DNA from: a candidate division WWE3 bacterium
GTDB taxonomy: Bacteria; Patescibacteriota; WWE3; UBA101185; UBA10185
Length of the DNA stretch: 45,145 nt
Direction: 5' to 3'
NCBI GenBank assembly: GCA_003564915.1
Contig: PXDX01000075.1
Coordinates: 1-45,145 of the forward strand
A program made the position numbers and the translations under genes. This document shows, piece by piece, positions 25,243-33,018 of this stretch (position 1 is the stretch's first letter; every line of letters begins with the position of its first letter). The notes below the pieces were generated by a model that did not search any database, had not been told where the DNA came from, and was given only the letters and a program-made list of their open reading frames with translations.

Positions 25243-25439
25243 GATCTTAATTACTCTGAAATAGTCCTAATTATATGAGAGTAGAATTGCGTTGTAATTT
25301 CTCAGTTTTGTAACTATCTGTAAAGCTTGATTTTTTTTGGTTTTCCGGGTTTTATTGTGTTTTTCATCCTATATATTTATTAAGTACAAGGAGCAAAATT
25401 AAGAATGAATTCTTAATTACTATAATAGAGAGCTCTAAT

Positions 25440-27764
25440 ATGATAATATGTCCCACAGCAAGAATTGATCATATGATAAAAATAAAATCAAAGAAAAAAA
25501 CCCATAGATTTTTGAGCAAACGTCAGCGAGGTACTGAAGAAGAAACTAAAGCTCTCCCATATATACACGAATCTCCTTCTGTTAGAAATATCGCCTGGAG
25601 CAGATTTTCCATTGTTCTGACTATATTTTTTTGGTCTATGTACTTGACTTTGGTAATAGTTAGACAGCTAATGGAGGGTCCCAACACTTATAATTTTACT
25701 TTGGAGGTATTCTTTTATTTGTTGGTAGTAACATTTTTAACTTTCTCGGCTTTAATGTATCTTGTAGCAAGACACGGGGCTCTACAGAGATTCAGCACAC
25801 ACATACGTACTCCGAAAGCCTTGTTAGATAGTTATTTTTCGTCAAATCAACCCGCGATTACGGTTTTGGTTCCTTCTTATAACGAAGAGCCCGGCGTAGT
25901 TAGGAATACACTTTTATCCGCCGCTTTACAAGAATATCCAAAAAAACGCATAGTGCTTCTAATTGATGACGATCACAAAAAAATTCACCCTAAGGATATG
26001 TCTAAATATGAAGAAACAAAAGACTTAAGCAAAGATATAGCCGAGATTTTAGAAGAACCATCTATTCGTTTTCGTAAAGCTACAGCGCGAGCAAAAAAAA
26101 GAAATTACTCAAAAATTTCTGATATTGATGAGGCCATAGTCGAGGTAATAGATCATTACGAATGGGCTGAAAAATGGTTAAAGAATTTCTCAAAAGGACA
26201 AACCTTAGAAGATCATGTAGACATCTTTTTTATTGAGGAGGTCATTGGCGGACTAGAGAAAGATTTAAGGCTTGTTAAAGAAGCTTTACTAATTTCTCGT
26301 AAAGAGAACGCTAGATTGACAAAAGATGTTATTTTACATTTATACTGTAGACTTTCATGGATTTTTAATGCGGAACTTGAGGTTTTTGAAAGAAAGAAGT
26401 ATATCTCTCTTTCACATGAGCCAAATAAGGCCATGAACCTTAACTCATACATAAGTCTTATGGGAGGTGCTTATAGTCAGGTAGAAACTCCAGTAGGTGT
26501 GGAGCTGGTTCCTACAGAAAAAAAGGATGAAACATCAATTGATATACCGGACAGCGACTATTTACTTACACTTGATGCAGATTCCATATTGCTACGTGAG
26601 TATTGTCTCCGCTTGGTTTATCTTTTGGAACAGCCCGATAATAGTGATGTTGCGGTTGCCCAGACCCCATACTCATCTTTTAGAGGAGCACCTACACGAA
26701 TTGAAAGGCTCGCTGGAGCTACGACGGATGTTCAGCATATATTACATCAGGGTATGACTTATTATAATGCTACTTTTTGGGTGGGCGCTAACGCAATAAT
26801 TAGGAAAAAAGCATTGGAAGATATTGTTGAGAAGGAGTGGATTGGTGGTTATGAAATAAAACGATATATACAGGATCATACTGTCATAGAAGACACTGAG
26901 TCTAGTATTGATATAGCTATGAATGGATGGCGTTTGATTAATTATCCAGAACGCCTAAGTTATAGTGCGACTCCTCCAGATTTTGGCTCTCTTGTAGTGC
27001 AAAGAAGACGTTGGGCTAACGGCGGTCTCATTATCTTACCTAAATTAATGACACATGTACGTGGTCAAAAAAGCAAAGGGGAAAGTATTTCCAAGACGGA
27101 ATTTTTACTTAGATTGAATTATATGGCTTCTATTGCATGGTCTAACATTGGCTTGGTTTTTCTTTTAGCGTACCCCTACGATGGCCGCCTTTTAAGTCCT
27201 CTGGTACTGCTTTCCGCCTTGCCATATTTTATTTCTATGTCTATAGATTTGAAATATTGCCGATACAGGTATACCGACGTTATTCGTATATATGGTTTTA
27301 ATTTGATTTTACTTCCTGTAAATATTGCTGGAGTTTTTAAGTCACTGCAGCAAGCCTTGACGGCAAAGAAAATTCCTTTTGCCCGAACCCCAAAGATTAA
27401 GAATAGAACCGCTGCGGGCTTAATATATGTTTTATCCCCCCTCTTTATAGTAGGATTTTCTGTATTTACATTGATGCGTAACTTGGAAAGTCAAAGCTGG
27501 GGAAATGCTGTGTTTGCTGGATTTAATGCTTTAGCCGCTTTATGGGCTATAGTAGCATATATAGGAATAGGTAATTTACTTGTAGATCTGTGGTTAGGCT
27601 TTAAGGACTTATTTTATGTGGAGGTAAAGAATAAAAAATCTTCAACCGATGCAGAACGATTGCAAAAATTGGATTGGAAAGCAATTCTTTATTATGGCAG
27701 AAATAGCGGGAATTTGCCTTACAAAAGTGTCAATAAACTTACCGTTGGACATGAAAGGAGCTAG
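25440..27764 (+). CDS. Processive family-2 glycosyltransferase (cellulose/chitin-synthase-like beta-glycan synthase), no PilZ domain
   Basis: Motifs present: VLVPSYNEEP...LLIDDD; NKAMNLN (KAGNLN-like); TLDADS (DxD); FWVGANAIIRKKAL (FFCGS-like); VIEDTES (TED); QRRRWANGG (QxxRW). There are 2 N-terminal and about 5-6 C-terminal TM helices. An alternative start is at 25473. Confidence 0.85.
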   Translation: MIICPTARIDHMIKIKSKKKTHRFLSKRQRGTEEETKALPYIHESPSVRNIAWSRFSIVLTIFFWSMYLTLVIVRQLMEGPNTYNFTLEVFFYLLVVTFLTFSALMYLVARHGALQRFSTHIRTPKALLDSYFSSNQPAITVLVPSYNEEPGVVRNTLLSAALQEYPKKRIVLLIDDDHKKIHPKDMSKYEETKDLSKDIAEILEEPSIRFRKATARAKKRNYSKISDIDEAIVEVIDHYEWAEKWLKNFSKGQTLEDHVDIFFIEEVIGGLEKDLRLVKEALLISRKENARLTKDVILHLYCRLSWIFNAELEVFERKKYISLSHEPNKAMNLNSYISLMGGAYSQVETPVGVELVPTEKKDETSIDIPDSDYLLTLDADSILLREYCLRLVYLLEQPDNSDVAVAQTPYSSFRGAPTRIERLAGATTDVQHILHQGMTYYNATFWVGANAIIRKKALEDIVEKEWIGGYEIKRYIQDHTVIEDTESSIDIAMNGWRLINYPERLSYSATPPDFGSLVVQRRRWANGGLIILPKLMTHVRGQKSKGESISKTEFLLRLNYMASIAWSNIGLVFLLAYPYDGRLLSPLVLLSALPYFISMSIDLKYCRYRYTDVIRIYGFNLILLPVNIAGVFKSLQQALTAKKIPFARTPKIKNRTAAGLIYVLSPLFIVGFSVFTLMRNLESQSWGNAVFAGFNALAALWAIVAYIGIGNLLVDLWLGFKDLFYVEVKNKKSSTDAERLQKLDWKAILYYGRNSGNLPYKSVNKLTVGHERS

Positions 27765-27769
27765 CTTTA

Positions 27770-29362
27770 ATGAAAAAAGAGAAAGTGGACACTACATTGA
27801 AAATACCTGAAAGACCTCAAAAAAAGCTTTCCATTTTTAGGATTATATTAGTGTTATTTATTTTAGCCTTGGTAATTTATAGAGTAGATTTAAAAAGACG
27901 CACAAATACTGAGATAGCCTCTATTATCGATTTTGACCCATGGTTTGCCTCCTACGTTGATGTTACAGCAATCCCGTTATACGGCTTTGAGCAACTCGGT
28001 ACGGATAAAGAGTCCAACGTTGTTCTCTCGTTTATAGTTTCTTCTGAGTCAGATGCGTGCTCCCCTACATGGGGGACTTACTATACACTTGATGAGGCGG
28101 CTGTATCTTTGGATATGGATCGCCGAATCGCTCGACTAAGACAGCAAGGAGGGGAGATTGCCGTTTCTTTTGGAGGAGCTAAGAATGATGAAATAGCACT
28201 TGGGTGTACTGATCCAGAGAGACTGTTGGAAGCGTATTTATCTGTTATTTCCAGATATAACATAGACACTATAGATCTCGATCTTGAGGGGGAGGGATTA
28301 AATAACTTAGAAGCAGGGGAAAGACGTGCAGAGGCAATCGCTCAACTGCAGCAGCAAATGAGAACTGAAGGCGGTAACTTAGCTGTCTGGTTAACTTTGC
28401 CGGTTGTACCTCAAGGTTTAACAAAAGAAGGTACAGATGCAATATCTATAATGTTAGACAAAGGCGTAGATATCTCGGGAGTCAATGTGATGACAATGAA
28501 TTACGGTAATAGTAAAGATAAAAATGATTCAATGCTCGAAGCTTCAATAAGCGCCTTAAGAGAGGTTCATAGACAATTAGGAATCTTGTATACGCAAAAG
28601 GATATCAATTTAAGTAGCAGAACTTTGTGGAGAAAGATTGGTGCTACTCCAATGATTGGTCAAAACGATTTTGTAAACGAAGTTTTTACTTTGGAAGATG
28701 CGGAGGGCCTGAATGAATTTGCTCTAGATCAGAGAATTGGAAGAATATCTATGTGGTCGGCAAATAGGGATACTCCTTGCGGTGAAAATTATGTGGATGT
28801 AAAAGTGGTCTCTAATTCGTGCAGCGGAGTTAATGCTCCAAAATATAGTTTTACAAAAATTTTAAGTAATGGTTTTGAGGGAGAGATATCTCAAAATGCC
28901 TTAATACAAACAGAAAATGATCTAGAAACAGTGGATGTAATAATTGATGATCCGGAAAATAGTCCATATCAAATATGGCAAGAAACGGGGGCTTATCCTA
29001 GAGGCGTGAAAGTAGTATGGCGCGGCAATGTTTATGAAGCAAAATGGTGGACAAAAAACGATCTTCCGGATAATCCCGTTTTACAATCATGGGAAACTCC
29101 TTGGCAGTTAATCGGGCCAGTTTTACCAGGGGAGAGTCCAGTTAGACAAGCTACACTTCCTGAGGGTACCTATCCTAAATGGTCCGGTACCGTAGAATAT
29201 GAAGGAGGGGAACTAGTATTATTTGAAGGAATACCTTTTCAAGCAAAGTGGTGGAATCAGGGACAAAGCCCTGCAGCATCTGCCGCTAATATAGATAGCT
29301 CTCCATGGTTGCCTCTGTCACAAAAACAAATAATGGAAATTCTCGCAGAATTAGAGAATTAA
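27770..29362 (+). CDS. Membrane-anchored GH18 chitinase (ChiD-like) with two C-terminal CBM5/12 chitin-binding modules
   Basis: N-terminal TM helix. GH18 motifs: SFGG, DTIDLDLE (DxxDxDxE) and VNVMTMNYG. CBM5/12 repeats: YQIWQETGAYPRGVKVVWRGNVYEAKWWTKNDLP and YPKWSGTVEYEGGELVLFEGIPFQAKWWNQGQSP. Confidence 0.8.
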   Translation: MKKEKVDTTLKIPERPQKKLSIFRIILVLFILALVIYRVDLKRRTNTEIASIIDFDPWFASYVDVTAIPLYGFEQLGTDKESNVVLSFIVSSESDACSPTWGTYYTLDEAAVSLDMDRRIARLRQQGGEIAVSFGGAKNDEIALGCTDPERLLEAYLSVISRYNIDTIDLDLEGEGLNNLEAGERRAEAIAQLQQQMRTEGGNLAVWLTLPVVPQGLTKEGTDAISIMLDKGVDISGVNVMTMNYGNSKDKNDSMLEASISALREVHRQLGILYTQKDINLSSRTLWRKIGATPMIGQNDFVNEVFTLEDAEGLNEFALDQRIGRISMWSANRDTPCGENYVDVKVVSNSCSGVNAPKYSFTKILSNGFEGEISQNALIQTENDLETVDVIIDDPENSPYQIWQETGAYPRGVKVVWRGNVYEAKWWTKNDLPDNPVLQSWETPWQLIGPVLPGESPVRQATLPEGTYPKWSGTVEYEGGELVLFEGIPFQAKWWNQGQSPAASAANIDSSPWLPLSQKQIMEILAELEN

Positions 29363-29490
29363 GTCTATACAAAAACTTCCATTGCAAAAAACCTTAAATT
29401 TTAAGGTACGAACAATTATTTAGTGAAACACGCTTAGCTTATTGTCTGCCTTTGAGCCTTCCAGCAAGCAGGATTTATTAAAAAGTCAGT

Positions 29491-29519
29491 TGGTGAACCC
29501 ACGGGGAATCGAACCCCGG
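29491..29519 (-). repeat. Orphan copy of the 3' end (T-arm, acceptor 3' strand, CCA) of tRNA-Glu; att-like direct repeat
   Basis: TGGTGAACCCACGGGGAATCGAACCCCGG matches 31111-31139 at 28 of 29 positions. No matching tRNA 5' half lies upstream of it on the minus strand. Confidence 0.75.
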
Positions 29520-29651
29520 CTTTTAAAATAGGTATTCCACAGTGTCTGAAAGTCGATCATGATGTTGCTATTCTATCAAATTCTCAATAAGCACAGTTCA
29601 ATTTAAAAAGGGATTGTTGATAAGAAAATGATTAATTAGTAAGATTAATTC

Positions 29652-30734
29652 ATGGTAGAAAGCACTGCTGAACAGCCCCCACCAACAACCCAGACTCCAG
29701 AATCCCAGAAATATGTGGAAAGCGTCGAAGCCACTCACGAAGGACTTTCCAAGCACTGGAGTAATCTTAATAATGAGAACAAAATTGATTTTGCAAAGAC
29801 TCTGTTAAAAGAGAATTTTAAAAATAATATTGATGGACATTGGCCAAACGCAATCAGAATCGCCCCTGGTGAAGCACTTCCGGAAATGGACGAAGATAGA
29901 TTGGGACAACCCGAGATAATTATTACACCGCTTACTACAGAATCGGAGAGAGCGGAAGACAGGGAGGTTCGGATAATTCTAAGAATGAACAACTCTCTTG
30001 AACCGGAAAAGAACAGTCTGCTGGTATTTACCTATGGAGTAGATCGGGAAACTTTGACACCCCAAATGGAAGGAATTACGGAGGGACTTTTGGAGAACGA
30101 ACGTTACAGAGGGGGGCTAATCCAGCTTTCAACGGAACAAGAAATGAACAATTTAAACGAAGAAATTTACCGTTATCACGAAGGTGAACGTGGAAGAAGA
30201 GGACTTCCCGAATCACTATCCGGACAAGCATTTAATAAAGAAGAAGTAGAAGAGAAAAATCTAAAATTAAGGCAACTGCTGATTATTGGGGCTCTAACAA
30301 TGGATCAATATAAGAGTAGGTATGAGCGTTTAAACGGTAAAGCTTTAATTGAATCTTTAAGGGAAAGCGACCGTAAAAGAGAATTTTATGATGAGAGAAT
30401 TGAAGTAAGGAGAGAGTTTTATGAAGCACAGAAAAATCATCAAGAAATTTTAAAAAACACGTTTATTGAAAGATATGAGAATCTGATAACGGAAAGAGAC
30501 GAGCAAATAAAGGAAACTCTGGAAGATACAGAGAACGTGTTATCTAACATGGAAGAAAAAGAAGCAGAGGAAACTGGGGTTGAGCCGGAAATAATCGCAA
30601 GTTACTATGTTGAGCTTGGAAAGTTACTCACACTTCACAAATTGGAGAGGGATCCGGAAAAAGAAAAAGAGCTTCAAGGTCTGATAATGAAACATATTAT
30701 GAATTTTCCCCAAGGAGTAGGTAATGAAACTTAA
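29652..30734 (+). CDS. Hypothetical highly charged (E/K/R-rich, helical) protein
   Basis: 360-aa ORF with no TM helix, no signal peptide and no recognisable motif. Confidence 0.5.
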   Translation: MVESTAEQPPPTTQTPESQKYVESVEATHEGLSKHWSNLNNENKIDFAKTLLKENFKNNIDGHWPNAIRIAPGEALPEMDEDRLGQPEIIITPLTTESERAEDREVRIILRMNNSLEPEKNSLLVFTYGVDRETLTPQMEGITEGLLENERYRGGLIQLSTEQEMNNLNEEIYRYHEGERGRRGLPESLSGQAFNKEEVEEKNLKLRQLLIIGALTMDQYKSRYERLNGKALIESLRESDRKREFYDERIEVRREFYEAQKNHQEILKNTFIERYENLITERDEQIKETLEDTENVLSNMEEKEAEETGVEPEIIASYYVELGKLLTLHKLERDPEKEKELQGLIMKHIMNFPQGVGNET

Positions 30735-31047
30735 AGAAAAATATATAGAAATTATTAGATCAATGGATCTTGAGGAAAGCCTGGAATCTGTGGTTGTAAA
30801 TTTTGTCGAAGAATGTGGGCAAGAGAACAATCAATACTTTGATTTATTCATGATAAATCTACTGCCGGTATTAAGAGAACACAAAAGATTAAAGATTAAG
30901 GCAGAAGGTTACGATAAAGTCTTAGAGATCAACAAAGATTTTGAGAGAAGTATAGAAAATCTTAAGAAAGAGCATAGTATTATGAAAGATCTTGATAAAG
31001 GCGCTCTTAGCGTCAGTTCCGATAATGCCGGAGAAACTGGTTCATAA
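30724..31047 (+). CDS. Hypothetical small helical protein
   Basis: 107-aa ORF overlapping the upstream ORF by 11 nt, which suggests translational coupling. Confidence 0.4.
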   Translation: MKLKEKYIEIIRSMDLEESLESVVVNFVEECGQENNQYFDLFMINLLPVLREHKRLKIKAEGYDKVLEINKDFERSIENLKKEHSIMKDLDKGALSVSSDNAGETGS

Positions 31048-31110
31048 GCGCCTTTTAAATCTCTGGTTTTAAGTAATTGCAGATTTGGCGTCCGCTGTTT
31101 GATGTGATGA

Positions 31111-31185
31111 TGGTGACCCCACGGGGAATCGAACCCCGGTTTCCAGGATGAGAACCTGGTGTCCTGACCGCTAGACGATGGGGCC
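31111..31185 (-). tRNA. tRNA-Glu (anticodon CUC), CCA encoded
   Basis: Folded by hand: GGCCCCA-TC-GTCT-AGCGGTCA-GGAC-A-CCAGG-TTCTCAT-CCTGG-AAAC-CGGGG-TTCGATT-CCCCG-TGGGGTC-A-CCA. It has a 7-bp acceptor stem (one G-U pair), a Glu-typical D-arm and a TTCGATT T-loop. Confidence 0.9.
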
Positions 31186-31243
31186 ATAGCTCTGACATTC
31201 TAACAAATCCACAAATCCAATTCCATCGATTATAATAAAGTAC

Positions 31244-31738
31244 ATGATTAAAACATATTTTAAAAATAAAGATAAAATTCGACGTGAAAAAGGGAATGTT
31301 CCCCTCTGGATCGCTCTTTTACTTACAGTGATAGCCGGTTTTACCGCACTTACTTTTTTGGATCTTCCTTCGATTCTTCCTTCTCCGGAGGGAACCCATC
31401 CGTCCGATCCAGTTAAAATAGAACCCTCTCCCCCGAGTTCAGCGGAAGTCGATTTTGAAAATTTTCCGGATGATATCCGTTATTGTGAGGTGGATGCCGA
31501 TTGTGTTTTGGTGAAGGAGAATTGTGGGTGTCTGTGTTCAGGGTGCGGGCCTGACTTTGATACGTCCATAAGCAGAAAGTATTTAACGGCATGGAATGAA
31601 GCTTTGGAGTCCAAATGCCCTCCCGGACATGCTGATATATGCCCTATGGTTTGTTGTGATGAAGCAAGACCTATTTGCACTAATAACGTATGTTCTTATG
31701 TAAAGGATGACGCCGTAATAGAGATTGAAGTTTATTGA
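31244..31738 (+). CDS. Membrane-anchored Cys-rich protein (12 Cys in about 70 aa)
   Basis: TM helix (LWIALLLTVIAGFTALTFL), a Pro/Ser linker, then CEVDADCVLVKENCGCLCSGCG...CPPGHADICPMVCCDEARPICTNNVC. Confidence 0.5.
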   Translation: MIKTYFKNKDKIRREKGNVPLWIALLLTVIAGFTALTFLDLPSILPSPEGTHPSDPVKIEPSPPSSAEVDFENFPDDIRYCEVDADCVLVKENCGCLCSGCGPDFDTSISRKYLTAWNEALESKCPPGHADICPMVCCDEARPICTNNVCSYVKDDAVIEIEVY

Positions 31739-33018
31739 TCTAAGAAATTGATGTTTTCTTGAATTCTCTCTATCGTTTCACTAAAAGAGCTGGAAATACC
31801 GTGCGGGACAACAATAATTATAAATTTTTCAGAAAAAGGATGTTCTACGTATGTTAGTTCTCCCCACCAAGCGTAGTTTTGTAATTTCAGGGCCTCTTGT
31901 CCTCCAACAAAGACTCTACTCTCCCGTAATCCGGTAGGATCTTTTTCCTCCACCACCCTGTATTCCTGAATCAAGGTCTGTTTCTGTTGATTCAGGAATA
32001 GATCAAAAGATATTCTGTCTCCGTCGTAACCAAATACGCCGAACTTATCCGATACTTGTCGTGGATCCTGACCTTCAATGAAATTGGCCAGCACAGCGAT
32101 TTTTGTCAGATTCTCAAGAGATGGTTGAGTTACTTCGCAGCATTCAATATCCAGGAGGGGATGGGTGATCTCTATTCCGTAGCGGGTATTTCGGATAGTA
32201 CTTTCTGTTTTCTCGAATTCCTTTTCCCTGTACCAGCTTACAGTGTCGATTAGACTCTCTGTCTGGGCTTTATAGCTTTGTTTGAAACCAATATCCCCTC
32301 TGTAAACTTGCGTGATCTCAAAAACCCTGCCCCCAAAATTGATCAAATTGACTATATAGTCCTGAGGACAATTGATAACTTCAAAAGAACTTCCGTCAAT
32401 TCCATCTATTGTGGTTGAATAAGTTTTACCTATAGTTGCCTGAGCGGGACATTCTACCTTGAACTTTTCCTTCTTTCTCTCTATTAGATCCTGTATTTCC
32501 CTGTCGATTCCCTCAAAAACAGCTATTTTGAGTAAATATCCCTCTTCAAGATCGGTCTCTTTCTCAAGATTTTCCGGTCTGTTTTGAAGGTATTCGATTC
32601 GAGCGATAGAGATTTGGTCGGAAGAAGGTACTCTTTCCCTCAACCTGTGTATATCAGTATCGTACTCAACGGAAAGTCCGTAGACATCATTTTGATAAGT
32701 TCTTAATGTTGTAATTTCTTGGGGATCCTTCGTTATTATGATTTCCGGAGGATCCTCATCTATTTGGGTTTCCGGCTGCGGATCTTGAGATAAAATATAC
32801 AAGGCCGCTGTGATCAAAGCTAAAAGTAGGAAAACTATAATTAAGGCCGGTGTTTTAAGTTCTCCTTTTCTTTTAGGAATTTTGGCAAAACCTTCCCCTA
32901 TGGATTGGCTCTGAAATCGATTGAAAATGTTCTCTTCCGGGTCTTGGTTCTCTTCAGTTACGTCGTTTGGCCTATCTTCCATACTTAGATTTTGCCAAGG
33001 TTTTTTGATAATGTCCAT
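31732..33018 (-). CDS. Hypothetical membrane-anchored extracytoplasmic protein
   Basis: 428-aa ORF with a charged N-terminus and a single TM helix (ALIIVFLLLALITAALYIL). An alternative start at 32982 would abut the pepF stop codon. Confidence 0.5.
   Translation of the reverse strand: MDIIKKPWQNLSMEDRPNDVTEENQDPEENIFNRFQSQSIGEGFAKIPKRKGELKTPALIIVFLLLALITAALYILSQDPQPETQIDEDPPEIIITKDPQEITTLRTYQNDVYGLSVEYDTDIHRLRERVPSSDQISIARIEYLQNRPENLEKETDLEEGYLLKIAVFEGIDREIQDLIERKKEKFKVECPAQATIGKTYSTTIDGIDGSSFEVINCPQDYIVNLINFGGRVFEITQVYRGDIGFKQSYKAQTESLIDTVSWYREKEFEKTESTIRNTRYGIEITHPLLDIECCEVTQPSLENLTKIAVLANFIEGQDPRQVSDKFGVFGYDGDRISFDLFLNQQKQTLIQEYRVVEEKDPTGLRESRVFVGGQEALKLQNYAWWGELTYVEHPFSEKFIIIVVPHGISSSFSETIERIQENINFLDQ

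Larger units (their letters stand above)
29491..31139. mobile_element. Putative degraded integrated-element remnant (1.6 kb) bounded by direct repeats of the tRNA-Glu 3' end; no integrase
   Basis: The direct repeats at 29491-29519 and 31111-31139 are spaced exactly 1620 bp apart. They enclose two overlapping orphan ORFs. Confidence 0.35.

Noticed and set aside
29391-29407. The palindrome ACCTTAAATTTTAAGGT after the GH18 gene, considered as a terminator.
   Set aside because: It offers only a 7-bp AT-rich stem with a 3-nt loop and no T-tract, which is too weak to call.
30909-31187. A 92-aa minus-strand ORF.
   Set aside because: It runs straight through the tRNA-Glu gene and is antisense to the 107-aa ORF, so it is an artefact.
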